52,777 nucleotides of DNA from a virus (taxonomy: Duplodnaviria; Caudoviricetes): IMG/VR virus record IMGVR_UViG_3300021960_000095, positions 1-52,777 of that record; one strand, given 5' to 3'. Position 1 is the first letter of the stretch. The number at the start of each line of letters is the position of its first letter. Of this stretch, positions 35,813-47,375 are shown in pieces. The position numbers were made by a program, and so were the translations under genes. The notes under the pieces are model-generated. The model saw only the letters and a list, made by a program, of their open reading frames with translations, searched no databases and had not been told where the DNA came from.

Positions 35813-37532
35813 ATTAGAAGTAAACCAAATAGATAAGACACCTACAGGTACTGAGGTAACTGTATTATCTGATTTGCACATAGGTGCTGAATTAAAGTTA
35901 AAAAACTACACAACAGCACAAATAACCGCTATACAGAATCCAAATGATGGTTCTTTAGTATGGGACGAAACAGAGGGAACTGTAAAAGTTTATAAATCAT
36001 CTAGTGCAACTTGGGTGCAAGTTGGTGGTACAGAACATACAAAAGCTTTCAATAACATTGAAGTAGCTGGTCAGTTAGATGTTGATGCATTGGTACAAAA
36101 CGATACATTGACGCTTATTGCTGGTCAAGATATGACACTTACTACCGATAGAATAAATCAAACTATCACATTTGCTCACAACGGTTTAGATACTTCTGCT
36201 GTGGCTCAAAACATAGTTCCTAGTCAAAATGATACTTATGACTTAGGTTCTGCATCCTTTAAGTGGAGAAACTTATATCTTGGTGGAGACACAATTTATA
36301 TGGGTGACTCTACAATTAGTGCAATCAATGTTGGTGTTAACGATGACAAAATTGTATTCTCAGACAAAATAGAGCTAGACGGAATAATAGATAGCTCTGG
36401 TGGTTCTGGAATCAGTGTCACTGGTAATATGAACATTGACGGTATAAAAACTGACTCTATAGGCGAAAAAACTGCAAGTAATAATGTAGCTATAAATAAC
36501 AATCTCGTCTTAGCCTCGGGTATAACAATAGACTTTACAGCTGGTTCTGCTACTGGACTTGGTGGTTCGGGTGGTGGAACAAATGCAAACTTATTAATGA
36601 ATGGTTCTTGGGATATATGGCAAAGAGGAACTGCAGGAACTTCTACATCTAATGGTAGACCACAATCTGCAGATAGGTGGGTAACTACAACTAATGTTTC
36701 ACAAATATCTAGACAAACATTTACTCAAGGACAAAGTGACGTGCCTAACAGTCCAGTATATTATGCAAGATGGTTCAGCTCAAACACTGGAAACTGCGTT
36801 ATGGAACAAAGAATAGAGGGTGTACAAACAGCTCAAGGACAAGATGTTACTTACAGTTTTTGGGCAAGAACTGCTTCGGGAACTAAAACATTAACAACTG
36901 AAATGAGACAAAACTTTGGTGTTACAGGTTCATATTCTGCTGCAGTAACTATTACTGGAACTGCTCACAGTATTAATGCTACTTGGACCCAATACACAGG
37001 AACTTTATCTATTCCATCAACAGCTGGTAAAGCAATAGGTTCTGTAAGAGACCTTGCCACACACGATTATTTAGCATTTATGTTTAAGCACACTGGTTCA
37101 TCTTTTGACATTTATATTGCAAATGTAAAACTAGAAATGGGAGGAAGTGTGACTCCATTTGAAAGATTACCTTACAATACAGAGTTAAATAACTGCGCAA
37201 GATACTTTCAAAAAGTTGGTGAGGGAACAAGCGCAATTATTGGCTGGGGTGGTGGTTCTCGTAACAACGTGTTAGACGGAATCCTACCCTATAAATTAGG
37301 CCCTATGTATAGATTCCCAGATAAAATTCATTCTGGACAATATAGATTTGTTAGAGGTATTTATAACGAATATGGTAACTACTTAAACCATAACTTCAAC
37401 TCTCACAGTGATGACGTTGGTTGGGGTTGTTGGAATGTTGATATTGGTAACAACCTTACAAACTACTTTTGTACAATTGCAGGTGGCAATTCAAGTATGA
37501 GGTGGATGTGGGATGCGGAGATAGGAGGTTAA
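35805..37532 (+). CDS. tail fibre with putative carbohydrate-binding domain
   Basis: NLLMNGSWDIWQRG...ADRW...VKLEMG..TPFE...EL..CARYFQ; TTG start after GGGAGG. Confidence 0.75.
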   Translation: MSKLEVNQIDKTPTGTEVTVLSDLHIGAELKLKNYTTAQITAIQNPNDGSLVWDETEGTVKVYKSSSATWVQVGGTEHTKAFNNIEVAGQLDVDALVQNDTLTLIAGQDMTLTTDRINQTITFAHNGLDTSAVAQNIVPSQNDTYDLGSASFKWRNLYLGGDTIYMGDSTISAINVGVNDDKIVFSDKIELDGIIDSSGGSGISVTGNMNIDGIKTDSIGEKTASNNVAINNNLVLASGITIDFTAGSATGLGGSGGGTNANLLMNGSWDIWQRGTAGTSTSNGRPQSADRWVTTTNVSQISRQTFTQGQSDVPNSPVYYARWFSSNTGNCVMEQRIEGVQTAQGQDVTYSFWARTASGTKTLTTEMRQNFGVTGSYSAAVTITGTAHSINATWTQYTGTLSIPSTAGKAIGSVRDLATHDYLAFMFKHTGSSFDIYIANVKLEMGGSVTPFERLPYNTELNNCARYFQKVGEGTSAIIGWGGGSRNNVLDGILPYKLGPMYRFPDKIHSGQYRFVRGIYNEYGNYLNHNFNSHSDDVGWGCWNVDIGNNLTNYFCTIAGGNSSMRWMWDAEIGG

Positions 37533-37533
37533 A

Positions 37534-37803
37534 ATGTCAGACGTACCACAAAGTATATTAGACGATTTAATAGAAGACCCTCACGTATTAGAGAATATTG
37601 ATTACTGTGAGAAAGTTTATCATATTGAGCCCGATGAACCAGTGCTTATAAACATTTGGTTTACTGGTGATATTGACAATGTAAGCTGTAGTCCCGATTA
37701 TGAAGATAGAGCAGAAACAAATTCTTTTTGTGCTTTAGTCAAAGCTTGGGTAGATGCAGGAAACGAATTTAGAGAAAACAGGTATCCATTAGACGATGAG
37801 TAA
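37534..37803 (+). CDS. small acidic protein, probable fibre assembly factor
   Basis: Follows a fibre gene; ends AWVDAGN; GGAGG SD. Confidence 0.55.
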   Translation: MSDVPQSILDDLIEDPHVLENIDYCEKVYHIEPDEPVLINIWFTGDIDNVSCSPDYEDRAETNSFCALVKAWVDAGNEFRENRYPLDDE

Positions 37804-39025
37804 AATAGTAGTAAGTGAGCTAGCAAGCCCAAGTGACAGTAAAATACTTTTTAGTGATGGTATTACTTTTGATACACCATTAAAACTTAAATCATATTTA
37901 GCAACACAAATAACAGCTTTAACTGGTATGACAGCTGGTGAAATAATATACGATTCTACAAACAAAAAAGTTAAAGTATATACAGGAACAGCTTGGGAAG
38001 ATATAGGTTCACTAGATGGAGTAAGGTCAACTTCTTATGATGTTATTAACGAAGCTTCTACAGGTTTTGGTGTAACTATAGAGGGAGTAAAACTCCAAGA
38101 TGGACAAGTTAATACAGATACAATAAATGAAACAACAGCTTCTGCTGGTGTAACTGTAGGCGGTGTTCTTCTCAAAGGTGCTGAAGTCAGTGTAGACACT
38201 ATCAATGAAAAGACTGCTGATACTGGCGTAACAATTGATGGAGTAGTATTAAAAGATTCTGGAATAACCGTTGCAGGACATATACTTCCTAGTGCAGATG
38301 TAACATATGATTTAGGTAGTGCAGGCAATAAGTTTAGAGATTTATATTTAAGTGGAAGTTCATTAACATTAGGTAGTCAAGAGATTACAACCGATGGTAC
38401 TTCTATTAGTCTTCCTACTGTAAAAACAGACAACATACAAGAAAAAACACCAGCTAGTGGTATAACAATACCTAGTAACGTAACCCTAACTGGAACAGTA
38501 GATGCTTCTGGTGGTACAACAGTAGGTTTTCCTAAAGGAAAATTTGAGCAAGTTGTTTATACTTTTAATGACACTGAAGCAACATACGCTATGCCAAACA
38601 GTGTTGATGGCGTAGAGGTAGCATTGTTGACTACAACAATAACACCAACTTCTGCTACTTCAGAAATTATGATAATGTTACAAATTTTTGGAGAATCTGG
38701 TCATCACGATGCAGTAGGTTTTATAAGTAGACAGCTTGCTGGAAATGCAGAAGTATACTTAAAACCAACAAATATAACTGGTACAAGAGGTGCTTTTCAC
38801 GTTGGTTACTACCCAGACACAGACTATAACTCCACACCACACTCAACTTCTTATCATCTTATTGATGCACCAGCTACAAATGGTAACGTTACTTATCGTG
38901 TAAGATTGGCTAAAACTAGTGGTGGTACTACAAACTTTAGATTCAATGGTACAATAAATACAACTACATCTTTAAACTATGAAAAAGGACACTCACAACT
39001 AACACTTATGGAGATATTGGCATAA
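37796..39025 (+). CDS. tail fibre protein
   Basis: D.INE.T...GVTI.GV repeats; TITPTSATSEI...SQLTLMEI C-terminal domain. Confidence 0.75.
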   Translation: MSKIVVSELASPSDSKILFSDGITFDTPLKLKSYLATQITALTGMTAGEIIYDSTNKKVKVYTGTAWEDIGSLDGVRSTSYDVINEASTGFGVTIEGVKLQDGQVNTDTINETTASAGVTVGGVLLKGAEVSVDTINEKTADTGVTIDGVVLKDSGITVAGHILPSADVTYDLGSAGNKFRDLYLSGSSLTLGSQEITTDGTSISLPTVKTDNIQEKTPASGITIPSNVTLTGTVDASGGTTVGFPKGKFEQVVYTFNDTEATYAMPNSVDGVEVALLTTTITPTSATSEIMIMLQIFGESGHHDAVGFISRQLAGNAEVYLKPTNITGTRGAFHVGYYPDTDYNSTPHSTSYHLIDAPATNGNVTYRVRLAKTSGGTTNFRFNGTINTTTSLNYEKGHSQLTLMEILA

Positions 39026-39381
39026 TGAATGAGTTGAATGATGCTCACATTGCTGAAGCTATATTAGCTTTAGAACCTAACGCACTATTTTCCGTGACAG
39101 GAATAGAAGAAGAAGATGTTAATTGGTTAAACGAAGACGATATAACACCACCAGATTGGGAAGATATTCTTGTTAAGGCACAAGAAATTGTTGATGCATA
39201 CAATGCTACAGAATACGCTAGAAACAGAGCTATTCAATATCCTACAATAGAAGAATTTGTAGAAGCATACACTGAAAAGGAAATACTAGGAGATTCAACC
39301 AAGTGGGATAAATATGTGGTACAATATAATAAGGTCAAATCAGACAATTCTAAACCTACTGAAGAGGAAGCCTCACCATGA
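39025..39381 (+). CDS. probable tail fibre assembly protein
   Basis: AILALEPNA...EYARNRAIQYPTIEE...KVKSDNSKP, a pattern seen after marine phage fibre genes. Confidence 0.65.
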   Translation: MNELNDAHIAEAILALEPNALFSVTGIEEEDVNWLNEDDITPPDWEDILVKAQEIVDAYNATEYARNRAIQYPTIEEFVEAYTEKEILGDSTKWDKYVVQYNKVKSDNSKPTEEEASP

Positions 39382-39638
39382 GCACAATAAGAGTATCACA
39401 AATTGAATCGTTAGATGCAAATAATACAGCTTTAATAGTCAATTCAGACTTACAGATGAACGCTCCGCTTACGATAATAAATAAAACTCAAGCTGAAATA
39501 GATGCATTAACAGGAATTCCTAGAGGTCAAATAATATTTAACACAGATTCGAAGACTTTAACCCAGTATAATGGGGTTAAGTGGATTGAGTATAATCAAT
39601 CTCAAGTAAACATAGGACTGGTGGTAGCACTTGGCTAA
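39378..39638 (+). CDS. short fibre-adaptor-like protein
   Basis: Shares MS.I.V..I and T..EIDAL...G.I.FN.D......YNG..W modules with fibres. Confidence 0.6.
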   Translation: MSTIRVSQIESLDANNTALIVNSDLQMNAPLTIINKTQAEIDALTGIPRGQIIFNTDSKTLTQYNGVKWIEYNQSQVNIGLVVALG

Positions 39639-42600
39639 AAAAGTAGTTAACTCTTATTACACAATAGATGCGTCTGCAAATACTCTTACGCTTCCTTATT
39701 ATGTGAAGAAAGAGGAAATATACCTTGTTACAGATATTGACACAGGTACTATTCTTGTTAACTTTTCTGACCCCGAATTAACAGTTGCAACTTGGTCTTG
39801 GGACGAAGAAAACGAAACAACCACTATTACAACAACTGCAAACCTTACTACACTTGGTGCAACAGATTCATCAAAATTACAAATTATTGTAGATAGACCT
39901 CTCGAAGAAATAGAAGTTGCTGATTCATTATTGGACCCAGTACACAAAATTCGTGTATCTACTCCAGAAAACCTAATTGATACTGACTTTGAGTACGGTC
40001 TACAGCCTACTAAATGGGAAACATTAGAATTATCAAACAACGTTCCATCTTTTTACGTTGCTGATGGTGATTCTGCTTTAGCTATAGTCACAGACGTAAC
40101 AGCTGTGAATGGTTCCGACTTAGTAACTGTTGTTTGTAATGATGAACACGGACTCGTTATCGGTACTCCTATCGATGTACAAGGTCTAACTTCAAGAACT
40201 GCAGAGGGTAAATTCCTTATCAAATCTACAACCACAACACAATTTATTTATCAAGCAAACGCTTCACAAACAGTAACTGGTTCTATTGGTTCTTTATATA
40301 CAACTGTAACGCCAGGCCAGTTCTATAGTGGTTCTCAAATTACTTATGATACTAGTGCTGGTGTACAAACAGATGGAGCAGCATCATCTAAACTTACAAT
40401 AGATACCCCAACACCACACGGTTTCGTTGATGGTTCTAACTTTTACTTAATAAACACTGTTGCTGTAAAAACATTAAAAATAACAGCTACAACAACTTCT
40501 ACTGCTGCAGATAATAGACCAGTAGTTGACTTTGCTGATACTATAACAGTTACTCCAACAGTTGACTTAACAAAAACAGAAACTAAAGCTTACAGACCTC
40601 CACATTCATTAAAATTTGATGCCAGTGCTGTTAATGTAGCTAACAACTCTATTGAATGGACAAACCACAGAATGCGTGACAATGACACAGTTCTTTATGT
40701 ACCACCTAGTGGAGATACTCAAATTGGTGGATTAGGTAGATTTGATTTTTACTATGTTAAAAAAGTAGATGATAACAATATTCAGCTAACAGACTCAAGA
40801 AATGGTGCTGCAATAAACTTTAATAATACTGGTTCTTATAACTACGGTAGAGCAATGATTGGAATGGTTTACGAGATTTGGGCTGGTAGAGGTAACTACA
40901 GGGATTATTACGGTTATGCTTACACAACTGCTTATTACAATGCTGGTGTAGGTTCTGGCTGGGATATGAACCAGTTTGACGAAGCAGCTGGTGGTTATGG
41001 TCTTTCTGGTGGTGCAGACCCTAGTTGGAGGACTATTGATAAAGCTATGCTTGCTTCAAGAACAAACACAGTAATAGAAGACTTTATAAAAGACTACGGT
41101 ACTTATGGAGCACATCAAGATGCAACAAATTATGTATTCCCAGAAACAGGAACAACTCCAAATAGATGGAACTTTATTGAAGATGAAGCTCACTGGTATT
41201 CAACTTGGTTTGAAAATAGAGATTATGCTGGTATTCCATATACAAGCAGATATTTCAGATTAAGAAAATATTATTGGTATAACGGTGGTTTTAGATACTT
41301 TGGTGCATATAGTGGAACACGAGATGTTTACTGGATTCCATTAATTGAAGACCAAGAAGCAGATACATTTTACTCTGCAAACTTACAGTTTAATGATGGA
41401 GACACTGTATCATTTGGAATAAGTTCGGGAGACTTAAAATCTATAAGTGGAGTTTCTACAAATAGAAATAACATTTTAGAAAGTACAGTAAGTGCTGGTA
41501 CCTATCAAGTAGAAAAAGTAGGTTCCGACAGATTTAGACTTGTTCAAAATGGAACAGTACAAAGAATAAGAGAAGCAACTGGAGTTTATACATTTAGTGG
41601 TACAGCAGCTAACCCTACTGCTAACTCTTTTTATATTCCAAATCACGGACTAACAAACAACTCACTTCTTACTATTGATGCTTCATTAGGAACACTTCCA
41701 TCCGTAACAACTGGTTCTATTGCTCCAGTAACCCCCGATACAGTAGAATTTGAATTTAGTCTTTGGAAAGCAGGATTGACTCAATGGCTAAATACTCAAA
41801 GTGGTTTTAGAAATATTGTTACATCAAATCAAGCAAACTTAGGATATATAACTACAGGTGTAGATACCACTCAAGGGTACACCGACAACTTTAGTTATGT
41901 ATCTACTTCTGCTATTTCTACAAGATTCTGGTCACAACCAGAGCAATCTTGGCGATATGTGACACAGTATCCTACAGATTTTTCAGAAACAACACCTAGC
42001 TTCCCGTTTTCTAACGAAATATATGCTGACCAATCTCCAGTTATTTATGGTACAGATTTCGTAGCAAACTCTAAAAACGAAAAATTCTTTATGTATATAA
42101 GAAAAGCAAATGAAGATACTGCTTATACTTATTACAGATTTAATCAATATTTATATATGTATACAAGAAGTCAAGGACCAAGCATAAGCCATACAAGCCA
42201 AGATTATCGTACATATTCTGCTACAAACAATAACTGGTACTACTCAAACGCTTGGGCAAGAGTTGGTGGTAGTGGTAATACAGATATGATTATAATTTCT
42301 TTCAAAGCTAGAAATAGAAGCATTTGGAATAACAACTCTTGGATGAGGTCTTTCCGTTCTATAAATAACGATAGGCAGTATGTTTGGAATGATGAACCTA
42401 CTGATGCGGGTGATACTCAAGGATTAATACTCTTATCTTGTGCAGATACAACATTATTCAGCACAACCGAAATCAATACAATGATTGAAAATATGATTGA
42501 GTATTACGATACAAGCTTACAATACCCAACATTAACTGACAATACACAATATAAAGTAAAAGTTAAGACAGACGATAGAATATCTTTAGCAGATAAGAAT

Positions 42601-45207
42601 ACAAACCAAGAATTAAACTTAAGCGGTGCTGGTGCTGCTAACCTAACATTCGTAACCCCAGCAACAGTTGGTATCGTTGATGGTGCATATACAGCTCAAG
42701 ATAGTACGGAACAACAATTTAAGTTCCAAACCAATTTTCAAATAGACCCAGTAACATACTCTTTTGATGGTGCTGCAAACGTTAGTTCAGATATTGTAAA
42801 TCTACCTAACGGTCACAACCTACAAAATGGTGCAGGTTTACTTTATGACAATAACGGAAACTCAGACATTACAGGTCTTACAAATAACACAACATATTAC
42901 ACAATTCTTGTTGATGAATTTAATATTAAGCTAGCAGCAACTGCTGAAGATGCTTCTTCGGGTACAGAAATAAGCTTAACTGGTTCTGCAGGAACACATA
43001 AATTAAAAGCAGACACAATATCGGGTATAGCTGAAGCTGTAGGAACAGTAACAACAACTGTTACAAGCGACGTAGTAGTTGGTGAGAATACATTATTTAA
43101 AAGATATTTTAAAGTTGGTGACTCACTATTAATCAAAGACAACAACAATACGCCAGGCGAGTTAACAACATTTACAGTTGTTGCTATTGCTGACGATGCG
43201 TCTATGCAAGTTGATAGAGCTGTAGGATTTGCAGCAACTGCTACAAAACACTTTACAGAAACTAACCTATACGCAAGACCAGACGGTTTTTCAATACACA
43301 GACCATTCGATGGTGGTGTAGAAATAGCTGCTGGTACTGCTCCTTTCTCATCAATTAGAAGACAGACAAGAAAATACTTTAGGTATCAGTCTGGTAAAGG
43401 TATACAGACTTCTGTTGCTATTAACTTTAACCCACCAATAACGCTAGAAAGCTTAGTTTCTAACGGATTGACTGCTACAGGAACAACTAAATATCCTCAT
43501 AGATTAAGTGCTGGAGCGTCTATAAGAGTTAAAAATGCTAGTGATGCTACATACAATGGAAACCATCAAGTAACAATTGTTGACCCATTTACCTTTACAT
43601 ATACATTAGCTTCAACACCAGTAACTACACAACCATCGGGTATTATTAAATTCAATGTTGCAGAATATTCTGATGCAGCAACAAGAGTTGGTATGTTTGA
43701 CTTACAAAACGGATTCTTTTTTGAATACGACGGTGCATCTCTTAAGGTTTGTAGAAGAACTTCTACTACACAGATTTCGGGTACAGCAACAGTAACAAAA
43801 AATTCAAATAAAGTAGTTGGTTTAGGAACTAACTTTAGTGGTCAGTTATCTGTTGGAAGCTTCGTAGTACTTAGAGGTCAATCATATAAAGTTATTAAAA
43901 TTAATTCAAAAACAGAAATGTACATCTCTCCCGAATATAGAGGTGTTAGTGCTCAAAACATAGTTATAACACTTACCGAAGACATAAAAATTCCACAAGT
44001 TGATTGGAATATAGATAAGTGTGATGGTACTGGAGCTGAGGGATTTAATTTAGACATCGATAAAATTCAGATGGCCTATATGGACTACTCTTGGTATGGT
44101 GCTGGTAAGATTCGTTTTGGATTTAAAGATAGAAAAGGTCACGTACGATATGTACACGAATTCTTACACAACAACAGATTAGATGAAGCTTATATGCGTT
44201 CTGGTAATATGGCCGCCGCATATGAAGTTGTGAATGGCGCAAACCCAACATACGCACCAACATTATTCCACTGGGGTACTTCTGTAATTATGGATGGTAC
44301 TTTTGACGAAGATGAAGCATATTTATTCACAGCTACATCAAACTCATTGTCTTTCACAAATGGTCAGTCTATTACAGCAACTACAACTGGTGCTTCTGCT
44401 CTAGTTAGATTTTATAACAGAAGTCAAAGAAATTATGATTTCTATGTAAGAATACCTTTTGCTGAAGCAGATGCTAGTAAATTAACTAGCGGTTCTCCTT
44501 TATATTCTGTTGGTGACGAATTACAAGGTGAAGAATTAACATTCACACAGTATTCGGGCTCAACTATTTATGCTTATATTTACATCAGTTCGGGTTCATA
44601 TTACAATACTCCAGCTGCATATCCAATAGTTCCAACTGCTACTGTTGTTTCTATAGGTACAGAAGCTGGCGGAACAGATGAAACAGTTAACTTAGGTACT
44701 GACGTCATTCCTCTTGTATCACTTAGACTTGCTCCATCTGTTGACTCTGGTATCTCTGGTTTCTTAGGAGAAAGAGATATTATTAACAGAATGCAACTTA
44801 GATTGAGTGAAGTAGGTTTAATTCTTACACACGAGTGTGAAGTTAAGTTAATATTGAATGGTGATTTATCTAAAGTTCAATGGTCAAATGTAAAATCTCC
44901 GTCATTATCACAGTTGCAAGCACATAATGCTACTGAAAAAGTAACTGGTGGTGTAGAAGTGTTCTCATTTAGAGCTTCGGGTGGTTCTACTGACTCAGTA
45001 ACTAATAAGAGGTTATCTAACTCATCTAACTTCTCACTTGAAGCAATTATTGATATGGGTAACTCTATTCTCGGTGGAGATGGTGTTTTCCCTAATGGTC
45101 CCGATATTCTAACCTTGGCTGTTAAAGTGATTGATACTGCAGATATATCTGCTACATCTCCATTTGTAGCTTCGGGAAGAATTACTTGGTCAGAATCACA
45201 AGCTTAG
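39631..45207 (+). CDS. large virion structural/adhesin protein (1858 aa)
   Basis: MAKK..NFSDP, KIRVSTPENLIDTDFEYGLQPTKWE, repeated HGL..G beta modules, YQSGKG/WYGAG lectin-like region. Confidence 0.75.
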   Translation: MAKKVVNSYYTIDASANTLTLPYYVKKEEIYLVTDIDTGTILVNFSDPELTVATWSWDEENETTTITTTANLTTLGATDSSKLQIIVDRPLEEIEVADSLLDPVHKIRVSTPENLIDTDFEYGLQPTKWETLELSNNVPSFYVADGDSALAIVTDVTAVNGSDLVTVVCNDEHGLVIGTPIDVQGLTSRTAEGKFLIKSTTTTQFIYQANASQTVTGSIGSLYTTVTPGQFYSGSQITYDTSAGVQTDGAASSKLTIDTPTPHGFVDGSNFYLINTVAVKTLKITATTTSTAADNRPVVDFADTITVTPTVDLTKTETKAYRPPHSLKFDASAVNVANNSIEWTNHRMRDNDTVLYVPPSGDTQIGGLGRFDFYYVKKVDDNNIQLTDSRNGAAINFNNTGSYNYGRAMIGMVYEIWAGRGNYRDYYGYAYTTAYYNAGVGSGWDMNQFDEAAGGYGLSGGADPSWRTIDKAMLASRTNTVIEDFIKDYGTYGAHQDATNYVFPETGTTPNRWNFIEDEAHWYSTWFENRDYAGIPYTSRYFRLRKYYWYNGGFRYFGAYSGTRDVYWIPLIEDQEADTFYSANLQFNDGDTVSFGISSGDLKSISGVSTNRNNILESTVSAGTYQVEKVGSDRFRLVQNGTVQRIREATGVYTFSGTAANPTANSFYIPNHGLTNNSLLTIDASLGTLPSVTTGSIAPVTPDTVEFEFSLWKAGLTQWLNTQSGFRNIVTSNQANLGYITTGVDTTQGYTDNFSYVSTSAISTRFWSQPEQSWRYVTQYPTDFSETTPSFPFSNEIYADQSPVIYGTDFVANSKNEKFFMYIRKANEDTAYTYYRFNQYLYMYTRSQGPSISHTSQDYRTYSATNNNWYYSNAWARVGGSGNTDMIIISFKARNRSIWNNNSWMRSFRSINNDRQYVWNDEPTDAGDTQGLILLSCADTTLFSTTEINTMIENMIEYYDTSLQYPTLTDNTQYKVKVKTDDRISLADKNTNQELNLSGAGAANLTFVTPATVGIVDGAYTAQDSTEQQFKFQTNFQIDPVTYSFDGAANVSSDIVNLPNGHNLQNGAGLLYDNNGNSDITGLTNNTTYYTILVDEFNIKLAATAEDASSGTEISLTGSAGTHKLKADTISGIAEAVGTVTTTVTSDVVVGENTLFKRYFKVGDSLLIKDNNNTPGELTTFTVVAIADDASMQVDRAVGFAATATKHFTETNLYARPDGFSIHRPFDGGVEIAAGTAPFSSIRRQTRKYFRYQSGKGIQTSVAINFNPPITLESLVSNGLTATGTTKYPHRLSAGASIRVKNASDATYNGNHQVTIVDPFTFTYTLASTPVTTQPSGIIKFNVAEYSDAATRVGMFDLQNGFFFEYDGASLKVCRRTSTTQISGTATVTKNSNKVVGLGTNFSGQLSVGSFVVLRGQSYKVIKINSKTEMYISPEYRGVSAQNIVITLTEDIKIPQVDWNIDKCDGTGAEGFNLDIDKIQMAYMDYSWYGAGKIRFGFKDRKGHVRYVHEFLHNNRLDEAYMRSGNMAAAYEVVNGANPTYAPTLFHWGTSVIMDGTFDEDEAYLFTATSNSLSFTNGQSITATTTGASALVRFYNRSQRNYDFYVRIPFAEADASKLTSGSPLYSVGDELQGEELTFTQYSGSTIYAYIYISSGSYYNTPAAYPIVPTATVVSIGTEAGGTDETVNLGTDVIPLVSLRLAPSVDSGISGFLGERDIINRMQLRLSEVGLILTHECEVKLILNGDLSKVQWSNVKSPSLSQLQAHNATEKVTGGVEVFSFRASGGSTDSVTNKRLSNSSNFSLEAIIDMGNSILGGDGVFPNGPDILTLAVKVIDTADISATSPFVASGRITWSESQA

Positions 45208-45233
45208 GATGCTATACTAGAAAAGGAGAAATT

Positions 45234-45440
45234 ATGGCAAAATTAGATAAAAAGAAAATCGAGGGAGCAATGTCTCAATTGTTGTTTTTAGAACAACAAC
45301 TCGGTAAATTTCACGCTGCAATAGAAGATATTAAAGCAGAATTTTACGAGGGAATTGAGGGTGCCGAGATTGAAATAGGCGGAGAAGATAAAAAACCGCA
45401 ATCTATGCCAGTAAATGAAGTCATAGAAGAAGAGGAATAA
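45234..45440 (+). CDS. hypothetical protein
   Basis: ATG 45234 with AAGGAG; extended -10 TGC-TATACT at 45210-45218. Confidence 0.65.
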   Translation: MAKLDKKKIEGAMSQLLFLEQQLGKFHAAIEDIKAEFYEGIEGAEIEIGGEDKKPQSMPVNEVIEEEE

Positions 45441-45443
45441 ACA

Positions 45444-46565
45444 ATGGCCGAAAGACCAATACATAAAGTTGAAGTAGCTGGTGATACCACTGGTCTGAGA
45501 GAGTTCTCTAACGGACAAGACTCTGGTATTATCGTTCCTCAAGGTACAACACCACAAAGAGAATCTAACCCTACTGAGGGTACCATTCGGTATAACTCTA
45601 CCGATGATGCAATGGAATTTTATATAGGAACATCGTGGGTACAGCTATCTGAAGCAGGTGTTGAGTCACTTATTGGTGATGCAGCTGCAGATGGTTCTAC
45701 AAAAGGTGTAGCATCATTTACAACTACAGAATTTACAGTAACAAGTGGTAACGTAGCTTTAGGTTCAGTTAGCCCTACAAAATTAAGTGGTACAACTGCT
45801 GAATTTAACGGTGCTTTATCTGATGGCTCATTTGCAACACTTGCAGGCTCAGAAACCTTACTTAATAAAACCATTGATACAGGTAGTCAGACATCTGTAA
45901 CTATAGATTTAGCTGATGTAGCTGCGGGTAACTTAAACTTTACAGGTACAACAACAGAGTTTAACAATGCTTTATCAGATGGTTCATTTGCAACTTTAGC
46001 TGGAACTGAAGCATTACAAAACAAAACAATAGACTTAGGGTTAAATACACTTACTGGTTCTATTGCAGAGTTCAATGCTGCCCTACAGGGAGATGGATTT
46101 GTTTCTTTGACTGGTACTGAGACAATACAAAACAAAACAATCAGTAACTCTCAATTAGGACAAGACTTAAATGCTGCAGGTAGAGCAATTTATGATGTAG
46201 TTCTTAAAGACTACGCAGAAACAAAGCAATCTGTAACTTCAAGTTCTGGAACATTAACAGTTGACGTTAGTGCAGGTAATACTGGTACTTTAACCTTAAC
46301 TGAGAACATAACAGCAATTGCTTTTACAAACGTAGCAGCAAGTGGTTTTCAAACTTTTACTTTACGAATAACACAAGACGCATCTGTAGCATACACAGTA
46401 GCAACAGCAACTGGTATGACTGTCAATGCAGCGAATGTTACTCCGATAACTGCAGGTGGTGCTGGATACACAATGACAGCAACATTAAGTGCAGTTGATT
46501 TGTTAACATTTATTTTCTTAGACGCAGGAGCTCCAGCAATACAAATGCTACAGGACCTACAATAG
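45444..46565 (+). CDS. fibre/adaptor protein with internal repeats
   Basis: GTT.QR...G.IRYN module; three G...EFN.AL.DG.F..L.G.E.L.NKTI repeats. Confidence 0.7.
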   Translation: MAERPIHKVEVAGDTTGLREFSNGQDSGIIVPQGTTPQRESNPTEGTIRYNSTDDAMEFYIGTSWVQLSEAGVESLIGDAAADGSTKGVASFTTTEFTVTSGNVALGSVSPTKLSGTTAEFNGALSDGSFATLAGSETLLNKTIDTGSQTSVTIDLADVAAGNLNFTGTTTEFNNALSDGSFATLAGTEALQNKTIDLGLNTLTGSIAEFNAALQGDGFVSLTGTETIQNKTISNSQLGQDLNAAGRAIYDVVLKDYAETKQSVTSSSGTLTVDVSAGNTGTLTLTENITAIAFTNVAASGFQTFTLRITQDASVAYTVATATGMTVNAANVTPITAGGAGYTMTATLSAVDLLTFIFLDAGAPAIQMLQDLQ

Positions 46566-46574
46566 GAGATAACT

Positions 46575-47375
46575 ATGTCGCCTATTGGAGTTTCCAGAGC
46601 AATCCTCTTAGGAGCAGGTAAAGACGGATTATCTGCAGCTAAAGCAGGCGACTCAGCAGAGCAAATCAAACAAGACTATCCAGCATCTACAGATGGTGTT
46701 TATTGGATAGATTTACCTACAGTTGGTCCTACTCAAGTATATTGTATAATGGACAGCAACCATCAAGGTGGTGGCTGGATGATGGCACTTAAAGGAACAA
46801 GAGGTACAACTTTTGGTTACAACTCTTCTTACTGGACAAACACAAGCACTTTAAATGAAACTACAGAATTAGATAGAAGTGATTCAGATGCAAAATTTGA
46901 TACATTTAATTACTTTGAAGCACTATCTTTACTCGCAATCTTTCCAGACATAGGTCAAGGTGGCTCTTATTCTTATGATGGTAAGTGGACTTGGTATGAG
47001 GCAAATATATACAATGGTGCTCAAGCTAGTACAAGAACTACATTAACAAACTTATTTAGTGGTGGTGAGTATTTCATACAAGATGCTAAAACATTTTCTG
47101 GTTATGGAAATGCTTGGTCATCACAAAAAGATGTTAGATTTTATGGCTACAACTACACCTCCAACAACGATACAAGAAGTCGTTGGGGATTCGGTTGGAA
47201 CGAAAACGGCGGTGGTTTATGGCCAAGCGGTAATGAATCATCTAACGACGTTGGAGGAGGAATAGGTATGAGATACAGAGGTGGTTCTAATTATTCTGCT
47301 GGAGATGTCATAGGTTGCTGTCAAGACAGCAGTGGTATTAACAGAAGTGCTAGAGTGGAGTTATATGTCAAGTAG
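46575..47375 (+). CDS. fibrinogen-like domain protein
   Basis: DGVYWID...QVYCIMD...GGGWMM motif. Confidence 0.8.
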   Translation: MSPIGVSRAILLGAGKDGLSAAKAGDSAEQIKQDYPASTDGVYWIDLPTVGPTQVYCIMDSNHQGGGWMMALKGTRGTTFGYNSSYWTNTSTLNETTELDRSDSDAKFDTFNYFEALSLLAIFPDIGQGGSYSYDGKWTWYEANIYNGAQASTRTTLTNLFSGGEYFIQDAKTFSGYGNAWSSQKDVRFYGYNYTSNNDTRSRWGFGWNENGGGLWPSGNESSNDVGGGIGMRYRGGSNYSAGDVIGCCQDSSGINRSARVELYVK